In this document: piece after piece, positions 30,152 to 40,758 of the stretch
Numbering within the stretch: the first letter of the stretch is position 1
Layout: each line of letters opens with the position of its first letter
Position numbers and translations under genes: made by a program
From: an uncultured delta proteobacterium
GTDB taxonomy: Bacteria; Desulfobacterota; Binatia; UBA9968
Direction of reading: 5' to 3'
Assembly: GCA_963745035.1 (NCBI GenBank)
Contig: CAVUVW010000017.1
Span: 128,001 to 192,000 of the forward strand
Length of the DNA: 64,000 nucleotides
Notes under the pieces: model-generated
Database searches by the model: none
What the model saw: the letters and a program-made list of their open reading frames with translations, nothing else
Told to the model about the DNA's origin: nothing

Positions 30152-31153
30152 ATGAATCATAAAATGCGCACGACTGTTCTAATCATCTCATGTGCGTTCT
30201 TTGTCGCATTTCCCTTCATGGCTGGCGCTCAGCTCCGCAAAATCAACATCGCTTACACCGCGACGAGCCCTTATCAAGCAGTCTTGATCGTCGCTCAGGA
30301 AGTCGGCCTGTTCAAAAAGCACAATCTCGATCCGACCTTGGTGTTTACCACCGGCGGTTCGCTTGGCATTCAGGCCATGATCGGCGGCGACGTCGCGATG
30401 ACCTTGTCCGATGGCTCGTCGTCGGTGCTGAGCAAGTTGGCCGGCGTGGATATTCTCGTGATCGCGAGTTTGCTCAATACTTTTCCTTACAGCTTGATCT
30501 CTCTCCCCGAGATCAAGAAAGTCGACCAGCTCAAAGGCGCCAAGATCGCCGTCAGCCGTTTTGGCAGCGCGACGGATTTGAGCGTGAAGATGGCGCTCGC
30601 GAAAGTCGGCCTGAACGCCGAGAAAGACGTTACCTTGTTGCAGATCGGCGCGCAGACCGCGCGTTACGTTGCCTTGCAGTCGAGAAACGTCCAGGCGACG
30701 ATCATCACGCCGCCGTTCACGCTCACCGCGCGCAAAGCCGGCATGCAAACTCTGATCGACATGGCGGAGTTGAACATTCCGTTTCAATTGACCGCGTTGC
30801 TCGCCTTGCGCCCTTATCTCAAGAGCAATCCAGACACGGTGCTGGCGGTGATCCGCACCCTGTCCGAAGCCATCCATTTCTACAAACGCGAGAAGGAAAC
30901 GACGATCAAGATCCTCGGCAAGTATTTGAAGACGGACGACCGCGAAGCCCTCGAAGAAACCCACCGCGAGATCGCCGTCAAGTCGATGCCCGAAAAACCC
31001 TATCCGACCCTGCCGGGGATCAAGACAATTCTCGACGAAACGGCGCTGCGCAATCCGAAAGCGAAGGGGCTCAAGCCCGAAGACTTCGTCGACTCGAGCT
31101 TCGTCAAAAAAGTCGACGACGAAGGATTGTTCGGGCGGCTTTACAAGCGGTAG
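30152..31153 (+). CDS. NitT/TauT-family ABC substrate-binding protein
   Basis: Signal peptide; KIAVSRFGSATD and KPEDFVD motifs. Confidence 0.9.
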   Translation: MNHKMRTTVLIISCAFFVAFPFMAGAQLRKINIAYTATSPYQAVLIVAQEVGLFKKHNLDPTLVFTTGGSLGIQAMIGGDVAMTLSDGSSSVLSKLAGVDILVIASLLNTFPYSLISLPEIKKVDQLKGAKIAVSRFGSATDLSVKMALAKVGLNAEKDVTLLQIGAQTARYVALQSRNVQATIITPPFTLTARKAGMQTLIDMAELNIPFQLTALLALRPYLKSNPDTVLAVIRTLSEAIHFYKREKETTIKILGKYLKTDDREALEETHREIAVKSMPEKPYPTLPGIKTILDETALRNPKAKGLKPEDFVDSSFVKKVDDEGLFGRLYKR

Positions 31154-31211
31154 TCGCGATCTGAAGATGTATCATCTCGATACGTCTTCAACTATGGGAG
31201 ACGAGGCGCAC

Positions 31212-32243
31212 ATGCGAAAATTTGTTCTGATTACATCGACCTTCATCGGTTTGTTAGCGGCATCCGCAGTTAACGCCCAATCCGACTTTTTCAAAGGCAA
31301 GCAGATCAAGATCGTCGTCGGCTTTACCGCCGGCGGCATCATCGATCTCTGGGCGCGTCTGTATACTCAACATCTGGGCAAGTACATTCCCGGCAATCCC
31401 GATCTGATTGTACAGAACGTCGCGGGCGGCGGCTCGATGATCGCCGCCAATCAGCTCTACAACGTCGCGAAGCCGGACGGACTTACGCTTGCGATGATTT
31501 CGTCAGGCCTTTATTTCGACCAGTTGATCGGCGTTAAAGAAGTGCAGTTCGATTGGGCCAAGTACGGTTGGATCGGCTCGCCGGTGCGCAACTTCGAAGT
31601 CTTGACCATGCGCGCCGATACTCCTTACCGGAGCATCGAAGATATTCAGAAAGCAGCGCAGCCGCCGCGCTGCGGGACCACCGGCACCGGCGCGACCGGC
31701 CATTACTTTCCCAAATTCATCGAGCAAGCGCTCGGCGCCAAGATTCAGATCGTCTTAGGCTATCCGGGCAACCGCGACGTCGAGGTCGCCATCGAACGCG
31801 GCGAAGTACACTGCTACGCAATCACCAAGGAAGCTTTTTTGCGCGAGCCAGGGAGGTCGTGGTTGAAAAAAGGTTTCGTCCGAGTGTTGGTGCAAGGAGG
31901 ACAAAAGCGGGATTCTCTATTTCCCGAAACGCCGACCATCTATGAGCTAATGGAAAAGCATAAGACTCCGGACGCGCTCAAGCGGTTCGCTTCGGTGCTG
32001 CTGTCCCCTGGCTTGATCGGCCGGCCGCTTATCACGCCGCCCAATTTGCCGGCGGATCGACTGACAATTCTCCGCGACGGTTACGCCAAAATGGTCGCCG
32101 ATCCGGAATTCCTCGCCGAGGCAAAGAAGCGCGAATGGGATGTGGAATACGTGAGCGGCCCCGAGCTCGAAGCGATCGCCAAAAAGGCTGTCAACCAAAC
32201 GCCCGAAACCATCGCGCGCTTAAAGCAAATCCTCGCCGAGTAA
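31212..32243 (+). CDS. TctC/Bug tripartite tricarboxylate transporter substrate-binding protein
   Basis: VGFTAGG, YIPGNP, AKPDGLT and GYPG...ERGEV motifs. Confidence 0.9.
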   Translation: MRKFVLITSTFIGLLAASAVNAQSDFFKGKQIKIVVGFTAGGIIDLWARLYTQHLGKYIPGNPDLIVQNVAGGGSMIAANQLYNVAKPDGLTLAMISSGLYFDQLIGVKEVQFDWAKYGWIGSPVRNFEVLTMRADTPYRSIEDIQKAAQPPRCGTTGTGATGHYFPKFIEQALGAKIQIVLGYPGNRDVEVAIERGEVHCYAITKEAFLREPGRSWLKKGFVRVLVQGGQKRDSLFPETPTIYELMEKHKTPDALKRFASVLLSPGLIGRPLITPPNLPADRLTILRDGYAKMVADPEFLAEAKKREWDVEYVSGPELEAIAKKAVNQTPETIARLKQILAE

Positions 32244-32255
32244 AGCAAGCAGAAT

Positions 32256-32385
32256 TCACCGCAGAGGCACGGAGTTCGCAGAGTTCGGAGAATTTTTTCA
32301 CCGCAGAGACGCCGAGTACACGGAGTTCGGATATTTTCCTAATGAGAAACTTCTTTACTCCGCGACCTCTGCGTCTCCGCGATGA
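32256..32385. repeat. nonamer-period palindromic element with duplicated left arm
   Basis: Two tcaccgcagag arms followed by ctccgcgacctctgcgtctccgcgatga. Confidence 0.75.
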
Positions 32386-32394
32386 GCTATCCGA

Positions 32395-32830
32395 TTAAAC
32401 CGACAGCAGCCGCTCGAAGAACGATCGGTAACGCGTCAGCGCGACGCGCAAATCCTCGGTCGAAACGTTCTCGGATGCATCCCACTGATGCTCGAGGTTG
32501 TTGCGCTGCTGGGAGAAGCTCTGTGCCAGCTTTTGCATCAGCTCGGCCACCAGCTCATCGGCGCGCTCCACCGCGTTGCGCGGCTCGTCGACAAAACCCG
32601 CCTGAATTTCTCGCCAGCGGTTACGAAACTCGCCGTCGACGTTGCCCTCGAACAGCGGCTCGGGCTGCGAGCCGTCGCGGCGCCGTTGAATTTTAGCGTC
32701 GTCGTGAGCTTCGCGGCTTTCGTGTTCGACGTTGTGTTGCGCGGCGCCCGCGATGACGTCCGTCGACAGTTTGTTCTTGCCCTCGGCCGAAGGGTCGTTA
32801 GGGATATTGGATGTCTTTAGAAACCGTCAT
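32395..32830 (-). CDS. hypothetical protein, paralog of upstream gene (absent from ORF track; +1 frameshift near start)
   Basis: Hand translation gives RWREIQAGFVDEPRNAVERADELV...STEDLRVALTRYRSFFERLLSV*; its ATG overlaps the upstream TGA. Confidence 0.75.
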
Positions 32831-33453
32831 GCTCGGAAACCTCCTCGTGTACTTTTTAATCGCCGATTTGTCTGGCGCTCGCCGGCGCGCGATGCCGCGG
32901 CGCGCGTATTCGTCGAAGGCGCCTGCAATAGCTCGTGAAAAAGCGCGCGATAAAGCACCAGGGCTTGTCTCAAGTCCTCGGTGCTCGCTTCGCCCTGGCG
33001 ATTGCGCTCGGCGATCGACCTCGCCCCCCGATAGTTTTCCACCACCTCCGGATAATCGACCGACAGATCCGCCGCCGCCTGATCGAATCCTTTGACCGGA
33101 TAACCGCGCCTTTCCATGACCGCGAAGATGAGCTCGTCGCCCTCGAGGGTCGCCCCTCGGGGATCATCGACAAACCGGGTTTGTACCTGTTCCCAGGCGC
33201 GTTGATAATGCGTGCGGTCATGTTCGGAAAGCGGCACGATATTGTATTCGCTCACTCGTTCCTGGCGGCTTTGCAGCTCTGCCTCCGCCAAGTCACGGTC
33301 CTGCGTCCGGTTCACCGCGCGGTCATATTCAGCGCCGAAGTGCTGTTTCAATCTTTGCGATCGCATACGATTGTAGGCGATCCATGCGCCGACGCCGATA
33401 GCTGCGCAAATGACGACGGTTATCAAAATAATCAGCAAAGTTTGTGAATCCAT
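32827..33453 (-). CDS. membrane-anchored hypothetical protein
   Basis: GGAGG RBS; N-terminal TM; LKQHFGAEYDR, WEQVQTRFVDDP and STEDLRQALVLYRALF motifs. Confidence 0.85.
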   Translation of the reverse strand: MDSQTLLIILITVVICAAIGVGAWIAYNRMRSQRLKQHFGAEYDRAVNRTQDRDLAEAELQSRQERVSEYNIVPLSEHDRTHYQRAWEQVQTRFVDDPRGATLEGDELIFAVMERRGYPVKGFDQAAADLSVDYPEVVENYRGARSIAERNRQGEASTEDLRQALVLYRALFHELLQAPSTNTRAAASRAGERQTNRRLKSTRGGFRA

Positions 33454-33501
33454 TCTGCCTCCTACAGCCGGCATTGGGCTCGGCGTTAAAAAAGAAATCA
33501 A

Positions 33502-33516
33502 TCAAGGACCGTGCCA
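33502..33516 (-). promoter_or_regulatory. possible sigma54 promoter
   Basis: TGGCAC-GGTCC-TTGA on the minus strand about 50 nt upstream of ATG 33453; the -12 element is GA, not GC. Confidence 0.35.
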
Positions 33517-33788
33517 TAACAATAACACTCTCATTGCCTCTCAAGCTGTTAAACGAAGCAGAGAAATTGAAGGGATTTTTCTCTGAGAAGAACAGGTCGA
33601 CGACAGTGAAACTCCGACAGCTTCCAATCGGACCGGCGCGGTGAAATCCCGCTGGCCTAGGCGACCGGCGCCCTGGTCTCTGAATTGCTCAACAACATCT
33701 CATTGCCGAAGGATCAGAGTCCTGCGGCATCGTCCCCTGTGCGCCTACATGGGGCGCGGGGAATTGCTTGATCGGTCGGTGAAAAGCC

Positions 33789-34904
33789 ATGGTGAAAAAA
33801 CCGGGACATAAGATCCGCTATGCTGTCGTCGGACTGGGACATATCGCGCAAGTTGCGGTGCTCCCGGCATTCTCTCATGCGGCGCGCAATTCACACTTAG
33901 CCGCGCTCGTATCGGGTAATCGAAACAAATTGCGAGAGCTCAGCAGGCGCTATCGGGTGGAACATAGCTATACCTACGACGAATACGACGATTGTCTAAA
34001 TAGCGGGGAAATCGACGCGGTCTATATCGCCCTGCCCAACAGCATGCACGCGGAATATTCGATCCGCGCGGCGGAGGCGGGAATTCACGTATTAGTGGAA
34101 AAGCCCATGGCCGTGACCGAGAAAGAATGCCTGGCGATGATCCGGGCGGCGTCAAAGCATCGGGTCAAGCTGATGGTTGCCTACCGGCTCCACTTTGAAC
34201 AGGCGAACCTGAAAGCGATCGAGCTCGCGAATTCGGGCAAGCTCGGGAAGCCGCGCTTCTTCACTTCCGCGTTCTCACTGCAGGTTCGACCTGGGAACAT
34301 TCGCACCGAGGACGAGCTCGGCGGCGGGACCCTGTACGATTTGGGCGTTTACTGCGTAAATGCCGCGCGCTACCTTTTTCAAGACGAGCCGCGCGAGGTG
34401 ATCGCTTATAGCGCGGCCGGCAAGGATCGGCGCTTCAAAGAGATCGACGAGATGACGGCGGCCGTATTGCGCTTTCCGGATGACCGTCTTGCCACTTTCA
34501 CGAGCAGCTTCGGCGCCGCCGATGTATCCTCCTACGAACTCGTCGGAACGAAGGGAAGCGTGCGGCTCGACCCCGCATACGAATACGCCTTTCCGTTGAA
34601 GCTTCATCTGACGATCGACGGCAAGACTCGCTCCCAAACGTTTCCCAAGCGCGATCAATTCGCGCCCGAGCTTCTGCACTTTTCCGACTGTATTCTGAAG
34701 AATAGGGAACCCGAACCTTCGGGACTCGAAGGACTCGCTGACGTGCGCATCATCGAAGCATTGTACCGCTCGGCGAAAATTCGCAAGGCGGTCAAAGTCC
34801 GGCCAGTGGCGCTTAAGAAGCGACCGAGCCTGAAACAGGAAATCTACAGACCGCCGGTCAAAAAGCCCGCCATGGTGCAGGCGAAGAGTGGTTCTCTAGA
34901 ATAA
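33789..34904 (+). CDS. Gfo/Idh/MocA oxidoreductase (glucose-fructose oxidoreductase-like)
   Basis: VGLGHIA, DAVYIALPN, HVLVEKPMA and GGGTLYDLGVY motifs. Confidence 0.93.
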   Translation: MVKKPGHKIRYAVVGLGHIAQVAVLPAFSHAARNSHLAALVSGNRNKLRELSRRYRVEHSYTYDEYDDCLNSGEIDAVYIALPNSMHAEYSIRAAEAGIHVLVEKPMAVTEKECLAMIRAASKHRVKLMVAYRLHFEQANLKAIELANSGKLGKPRFFTSAFSLQVRPGNIRTEDELGGGTLYDLGVYCVNAARYLFQDEPREVIAYSAAGKDRRFKEIDEMTAAVLRFPDDRLATFTSSFGAADVSSYELVGTKGSVRLDPAYEYAFPLKLHLTIDGKTRSQTFPKRDQFAPELLHFSDCILKNREPEPSGLEGLADVRIIEALYRSAKIRKAVKVRPVALKKRPSLKQEIYRPPVKKPAMVQAKSGSLE

Positions 34905-35047
34905 GTTTTGCGCAGCCCATTCAGCGCAGTCCTGCGGCCGCATCCCGCACAATCGCCGGTCTTTTAAACACAGCGCGCGAGTAGAAATTCACTATTCTCC
35001 TGTGGTAGGAGGAGAGCATCAAATTCTATTAGCAAGGAAAGAATCTG

Positions 35048-35845
35048 ATGCTCACTTCGATCAAAATCGACAATCGTATGAACGGCTTTCTCGGCATTCC
35101 CGATGGCGCCGCCAAGAAGCCGGTCGTCATCCATTTGCATGAGCGGTACGGCATCGTAGAGCACACGACGGATCTCGGACAAAAGTTTGTGGACGCCGGC
35201 TATGTCACCATCGTTCCTGACTTCTTCTCGCGTTTCACCGGCGACCGAGCGGCGCTCGCGCGCGGCGATGACCGCTGCGAGTTGAGCGACGACGAGGTTT
35301 TGTTCGATCTTGACGCGGTCGTCGAGCATCTGAAGACCGTTCCTCAGGCGGATCTCAGCAAGGTCGCCATGTCGGGCGTGTGCCAAACCGGCCGGCAGCC
35401 CATATTAGTCGCCGCTAAACGCAAGCTGCTCAGCGCCGCGGTGGTGCTCTACGGCGCGGTCTATGACGCCGACTGGAAATCACACCCGCTCCGTCCCGAG
35501 CCGATCGACAAGCTCATGCAGGAAGTATCTTGCCCGATCGCCGCCGTCTTCGGCGAGCTCGACAATCTCATTCACCGAGACAATATCGTGCGCATGTTCA
35601 GCGTCTTGGCCGAAGCCAAGAAAAGTTTCGACATCCGCATGTACGCCGATGCGCCGCACGGTTTCTTGAACGACACCATGCCTGGCCGCTACCGGCCCGC
35701 GCAAGCCGAAGCTGCGTGGAATCAGATCACATCGTTTCTCGGGTCGGTTTTCGCGGGCAAGTGGCAAAAAGGCCGCGCAATCTGGCGCTTCGACGCTGAC
35801 AGTTCGCTGGATTATGATTTCTCCAAGATGAAGCGCTGGGAGTAG
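35048..35845 (+). CDS. dienelactone hydrolase family protein
   Basis: HERYG, GVCQTG nucleophile elbow, GELD and APHGF motifs. Confidence 0.88.
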   Translation: MLTSIKIDNRMNGFLGIPDGAAKKPVVIHLHERYGIVEHTTDLGQKFVDAGYVTIVPDFFSRFTGDRAALARGDDRCELSDDEVLFDLDAVVEHLKTVPQADLSKVAMSGVCQTGRQPILVAAKRKLLSAAVVLYGAVYDADWKSHPLRPEPIDKLMQEVSCPIAAVFGELDNLIHRDNIVRMFSVLAEAKKSFDIRMYADAPHGFLNDTMPGRYRPAQAEAAWNQITSFLGSVFAGKWQKGRAIWRFDADSSLDYDFSKMKRWE

Positions 35846-35950
35846 CGCGCGGCTCGCCGCGCGCATGCCCAATGACAAATTTCACATCTTAGAAGCATCC
35901 GGATTCGCGATTTGAAATTTGAGATCTGAGATTGCGAAGCGCTGCGCGCC

Positions 35951-35979
35951 TTGACAGCAATTAGGGCGCCGCATACAGT
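35951..35979 (+). promoter_or_regulatory. sigma70-like promoter
   Basis: TTGACA-N17-TACAGT upstream of the permease-SBP operon. Confidence 0.55.
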
Positions 35980-36092
35980 CGCCTCGACGCACGGCCAAGG
36001 AGAATCCCACGGCGCAAAACGAACAAGACGCGTTCGATCTCGTCTCGGTCGACGAATCCAATCCGCTGAGCACCAACCGTTCCTGGCAGCGT

Positions 36093-36851
36093 TTGCGCGA
36101 GATAACGTCGGACTGGCTCGGGGTCATCGGTGTCGTCTCATTCTTTCTCGCGTGGGAGCTTCTCACCCGCCTCGAGATCATCAATCCTTTTTATTTTCCG
36201 CCCATCAGCGCGATCCTTGTCAAAGGCTACGAGCTTTTCGCCAACGGCTCGATCTGGGAGCATGTTTGGTTCAGCCTGACGAACTTCACCATCGGCTTTT
36301 TCGTCTCGGTGGTTCTCGGCGTGGTTCTCGGCGTGCCGATGGGCTGGTACAAGAATGTCAGCAAAACTTTCGATCCGCTGCTGTCCGGCATTTATGCAAC
36401 CCCGCTGATTGCGCTGCTGCCGTTGATCATCATGATGTTCGGGCTCGGCGCGGTTTCCAAGATCATCATGACGATCCTCGCCGCGGTGTTTCCGATCCTG
36501 ATCAACACCATGGTCGGCATCGCCAATACCGATCACCGCCTGATCACCATGGCGCGCGCCTTCGGCGCCAAAGACAGCCAGATTTTTCTCAAAGTATCCC
36601 TGCCCGGTTCGCTGCCTTATCTCGTAGCCGGCATGCGTGTGGCTCTCGGCCGTGCTCTGGTCTACATCGTCGTCGCCGAGCAGTACGGCGCCGCCACCGG
36701 CTTGGGCTACTTGAGCTCCGTCGCGGCGCAGCGTTTTCAGATGGCGGCGATGTTCGTGCCGATCATCATCATCGCCGGGCTCGGCGCCGGCTTGAACGAG
36801 CTGCTCAAGACACTCGAGCGGCGCCTGGAAAAGTGGAAGCCGCAAAAATAA
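36093..36851 (+). CDS. NitT/TauT (SsuC-like) ABC permease; 5' end uncertain
   Basis: FFLAWE, TPLIALLP, EAA-like MARAFGA and VVAEQ...GLG motifs. Confidence 0.9.
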   Translation: MREITSDWLGVIGVVSFFLAWELLTRLEIINPFYFPPISAILVKGYELFANGSIWEHVWFSLTNFTIGFFVSVVLGVVLGVPMGWYKNVSKTFDPLLSGIYATPLIALLPLIIMMFGLGAVSKIIMTILAAVFPILINTMVGIANTDHRLITMARAFGAKDSQIFLKVSLPGSLPYLVAGMRVALGRALVYIVVAEQYGAATGLGYLSSVAAQRFQMAAMFVPIIIIAGLGAGLNELLKTLERRLEKWKPQK

Positions 36852-36882
36852 GCACCTGAATTTGGGCTACGCGGAGGAATAG

Positions 36883-37873
36883 ATGAAACTGACGGCGAAA
36901 ATAGTTTCCGCTTTGATTTTGCTCCGTGGCGCTGGCCGACGTCATCCATGCCGCCGATGCGCTTCGCAAGATGACGGTCGGCCAGGCGGGCGTCAATCCC
37001 GGCGCCGGCCTTTTCACGATCGCCGTCAATCAGGGCTACTACAAGAAACACGGCCTCGACGTCGAAATTATCAAAACCAATACCACCGCGGCTGTGCAGG
37101 CCATGCTCGCCGGTAAAATGCAGATGGCCACCGGCGCCGGCGCGGCGGCATTCGTAACCGCCACACTCGAAGGAGCGCCGCCGTTTGTGCTGGTCGGCTC
37201 ATGGGTCAATGTGTTCCCGTACAAAGTCATGGCCCACAAGGGCATAAAAAAGATCGAAGACCTGAAAGGTAAAACCGGCCACGTCGGCGCGCCTTTCGGT
37301 ACGATTCCCGACACCGCTTTGCGCTTCGCGCTCAACCGGCTGAAAATCGATCCCGAAAAAGACGTCAAGCTGGTGCAGCATTCGAATGCCGATCCGGCGA
37401 GCATTCTCGCGGCGATGGAAAAAGGCGAAGTCCAATTCGGCATTCTTGCGCCGCCATTCGATTTGATCGCGGAAAAACGCGGCTACGAAATGCTGCTCGC
37501 ATTGCCCGGCCTAGGAATTCCGTGGCAGCAGAACGGTGAAATCGTCAGAGCTTCGTATCTGAAAAGCGACCGCGACAACGTCATTCGTTTTTTAAGAGCG
37601 ACCGCCGAGGCCTCGAAATTCTATTTCGATCATAAGGACAAGACGGTCGAGATCATGAAGGAATATCTGGGACGCCCCGCCGACGAAACCGAATATGCCT
37701 ACAACCAGTACAACCGCTGGACCGATCGAGTTCATCGGCCGCAGGTCGAAACCATCAAGACGACTCTTGAAGCGATCAAGAAAAATACGCCCAAAGCGGC
37801 GAACGCGAATGCGGCATCATTCGTCGACACCAGCCTCGTCGATCAGCTGATTAAGGAAGGCTATTATAAGTAG
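36883..37873 (+). CDS. NitT/TauT-family ABC substrate-binding protein (frameshift in signal peptide)
   Basis: ATG 36883 after GGAGG; body is ORF 36926-37873 (QGYYKKHGLDV, DLKGK). Confidence 0.87.
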
Positions 37874-37960
37874 ACTGGACGCTGATCGAAGATAACAACT
37901 GAATAGAGGATGACGGATTACGATCCTCGATCCTCTATTCTCGATTTTCGATCGAATAGT

Positions 37961-37989
37961 TTGACCCAACTCCAAGCCGGTGTTAGCAT
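37961..37989 (+). promoter_or_regulatory. sigma70-like promoter with extended -10
   Basis: TTGACC-N17-TAGCAT with upstream TG; preceded by a (CGATCCT)-type heptamer run at 37919-37953. Confidence 0.45.
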
Positions 37990-38023
37990 CCCCGCGAGCT
38001 TTGACTGAAGGAGCAATCATTCC

Positions 38024-39157
38024 GTGAAACTTTATAACTTCGATCTGCTCGCCTATCCTCATGTTCCAAAAGAAGCGCCGCGCACGCCTGTTCCGAGCAG
38101 TTTTTTCGACCCCGCAAAGGGCGCTGCGAACTATGCCGAACATTTGGACGAGATGGCCTACTGTGAAGAACTGGGTTTCGACGGTGTGGTTTTCAACGAG
38201 CATCACTACAGCGCCTACGGCACGATGCCGTCGCCCAATTTGATTGCCGCCGCGCTCAGTCAGAAAACCAAGAAGATCAAGATCGGCGTGCTTGGCAATA
38301 TTCTCCCGCTGCGCAACCATCCGGTGCGCGTCGCGGAGGAGTACGCCATGATCGATTGTCTCAGTAATGGTCGCCTGATCGCCGGCTTCGTGCGCGGCAT
38401 TCCGCCGGAATATATTTGGTACGGCGTAAATCCAGAGGAATCGCGCGGCCGTTTCGAAGAGGCCTACGATCTTATCATGACCGCATGGACCGAGCCGGTG
38501 TGGAGCCATCAAGGAAATTTTTTCAAATTGAAGGACTGCGCGATCTGGCCGCGCCCGGTGCAGCAACCCCATCCGCCGATCTGGATCGCGGCCCGCAGCG
38601 CAGAATCGGTGGAATGGTGTGTCAAACGCCACCTTCCCTGCGCGCAGGTCTATCAGACCACTGGACAGATCGAAGACACGTTCAACTACTACCGAACCAA
38701 CGCCAAAGAAGCAGGCTGGGAGGCCGGTCGCGACAAGTTTATTCTCTGCCGGCACATCTTTATTGATGACAGTGAGCAAAAGGCCCGGGAATTCGCCGAC
38801 CCGGCCATGCGCTATTTTTTCACGGTCTTCAATCGCGGCTTCAACGAAGCGATCAACAAGAGCGCTGTCGATCAAAAATTGACGGCGGCGCTGATGAGCG
38901 AGCGCTCCTTCAGCTACTTCAGAGAAGGCAACCGCGAACGCCACGATTTCTCCAAGCTCGACTGGCAGGGTCTGCTGGACACGGGCTATCTGATCGCGGG
39001 AAATCCCGACAGCGTCGCGCGCCAAATTAAAAGTCAAATGAACCAAGTCGGCGCCGATCATTTCATGGGCATGTTCCATATCGGCAACCTGGCCCACGAA
39101 AAAGTCGTCAACTCGCTCAACCTCTTCAAGAAAGAGATCATGCCGCAACTGCAATAG
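38024..39157 (+). CDS. LLM-class (luciferase-like) flavin monooxygenase
   Basis: FNEHH, PVRVAEE, SNGRL and PRPVQQPHPPIW motifs. Confidence 0.92.
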   Translation: MKLYNFDLLAYPHVPKEAPRTPVPSSFFDPAKGAANYAEHLDEMAYCEELGFDGVVFNEHHYSAYGTMPSPNLIAAALSQKTKKIKIGVLGNILPLRNHPVRVAEEYAMIDCLSNGRLIAGFVRGIPPEYIWYGVNPEESRGRFEEAYDLIMTAWTEPVWSHQGNFFKLKDCAIWPRPVQQPHPPIWIAARSAESVEWCVKRHLPCAQVYQTTGQIEDTFNYYRTNAKEAGWEAGRDKFILCRHIFIDDSEQKAREFADPAMRYFFTVFNRGFNEAINKSAVDQKLTAALMSERSFSYFREGNRERHDFSKLDWQGLLDTGYLIAGNPDSVARQIKSQMNQVGADHFMGMFHIGNLAHEKVVNSLNLFKKEIMPQLQ

Positions 39158-39194
39158 GTCTTTCAGTAGCGGCGCCTTTGCGCCAATTCTATTG

Positions 39195-39230
39195 GATTGA
39201 CCTCAGCCAGCCGTACGGCTGAGGTCAATC
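39195..39230. terminator. hairpin downstream of the LLM gene
   Basis: gattgacctcagcc-N8-ggctgaggtcaatc, a 14-bp perfect stem. Confidence 0.55.
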
Positions 39231-39276
39231 ACCATCGATAAATTTTGCTAAGCAGCCGATCCTTGGGGGAGTCACC

Positions 39277-39687
39277 ATGGAGATGTTGATCAATATCGAC
39301 GTGGACGACTTGGAAAAGGCCGTGGCATTTTACCGCGATGCGCTCGGTTTGCGTTTGGAGCGGCGGCTTTTCGATGGGTCGGTCGCCGAGATGGGCGGAG
39401 CTTCTTCGAAGATACATCTCTTGGCAAAACCCCAGGACAGCGCTGCGTCATCCTCGCAAGCGAACATCTTCCGTTCTTATCGCCGGCACTGGACTCCGGT
39501 GCACCTCGACTTTCAAGTCGAAAATGTCGAGCGCGCGGTGAGCCGCGCGCTGGCCGCTGGCGCGACTCTGGAAGGCGAGATTCAATCTTTCAATTGGGGC
39601 CACATCGCGACTCTGAGCGATCCTTTCGGCCATGGCTTCTGCCTGCTGCAGTTTATCGGGAAAGGTTACGACGAGTTGAATGAATGA
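39277..39687 (+). CDS. VOC/glyoxalase family protein
   Basis: NIDVDDLEKA, RHWTPVHLDF and DPFGHGFCL motifs. Confidence 0.9.
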   Translation: MEMLINIDVDDLEKAVAFYRDALGLRLERRLFDGSVAEMGGASSKIHLLAKPQDSAASSSQANIFRSYRRHWTPVHLDFQVENVERAVSRALAAGATLEGEIQSFNWGHIATLSDPFGHGFCLLQFIGKGYDELNE

Positions 39688-39761
39688 CGCGCGCTTCCTA
39701 AACACGCTTGGAACCCCAAGAATGCATGTTATCCTTAGCCAACCTCAAGGAAGCTGCTCTT

Positions 39762-40507
39762 ATGGATCGATTCATTCGAAGTTATAGTCGGCGGCAGGTG
39801 ATTAGATCGTTGGGTCTCGGATCGGCAGCGATTCTTCTCGGCCAGGACCATCGGCGTTTGTGGAACGCCGCGCAGCATTTTGAGTCCGGCGCATGGGCGG
39901 CAACGACGCCCGCGTGCGTCGTTCGTCCGGAGCAAACCGAAGGGCCCTATTTCGTCGATGAGAAACTGAACCGCTCCGATATCCGCGTCGATCCGTCCGA
40001 TAAATCGATAAGGCCCGGAGTGCCGCTGCGCTTGGAGTTTCAGGTTTCCCGCCTCGCTGGTGCCGCCTGCTCGCCGCTTGCCCGCGCCATCGTCGACCTC
40101 TGGCACTGCGATGCCGGCGGAGTTTACTCGGACGTACATGACCGACAGTTCGACACTCGCGGCAGAAAGTTCCTGCGCGGGTATCAGCAGACCAATGCCA
40201 ATGGCATGGCGGAATTTCTGACGATCTATCCGGGATGGTACGAAGGCCGCGCGGTTCATATTCATTTCAAAATCCGCAGCGCTGTCGACGGCGGGCGCAA
40301 TCAAGAGTTCACGTCGCAGCTTTACTTCGACGAATCGGTGAACGATCAGGTATTCAACCAAACTCCTTATAACAGCAAGCGCGGCCGCCGGGTGATGAAC
40401 GATAGCGATTCTCTTTTTCGCCGCGGCGGTAAAGAACTGCTGCTGACGCCCACGAAGAACGCCAAGGGTACACAGCAAAGTTCGACATCGGCTTGCAAAT
40501 TCCCTGA
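39762..40507 (+). CDS. intradiol ring-cleavage dioxygenase-like protein with Tat-like signal (3' frameshift)
   Basis: SRRQVI, TEGPYF, WHCDAGGVYS and YPGWYEGRAVHIH motifs; likely true end KFDIGLQIP* at 40507. Confidence 0.88.
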
Positions 40508-40530
40508 CAAGCTGCGCCTTCGAGGTCGGC

Positions 40531-40550
40531 GGTGCGCAAGCGCACCCTAC
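40531..40550 (-). repeat. GTAG-type REP
   Basis: Reverse complement identical to 25414-25433. Confidence 0.75.
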
Positions 40551-40644
40551 GAACACGTTTGTGCCTTTCGCATGCTTTTTAATCTTCTGCGTGGGTCGAG
40601 TTCTTAGAGCTTGCTGCGTTATGTAAATTGCCTCGCAGAAGTCC

Positions 40645-40676
40645 GTCATTCCCGCATGCTTTAAGCGGGAATCCAG
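40645..40676. repeat. REP-like palindrome (GTCATTCCCGC...GCGGGAATCCAG)
   Basis: gtcattcccgcatgctttaagcgggaatccag. Confidence 0.65.
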
Positions 40677-40758
40677 GCGAGATTCCATCCGACCAACTGT
40701 TGACAAGCCGCGGGTCCCTCTCATATCTCCATCTGAGGTTCAAATCGAAAGGGAATTC

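Noticed and set aside
33560-33788. Possible riboswitch or ncRNA upstream of the Gfo/Idh/MocA gene
   Set aside because: GC-rich with short stems, but no recognisable aptamer consensus; an Rfam search is needed.
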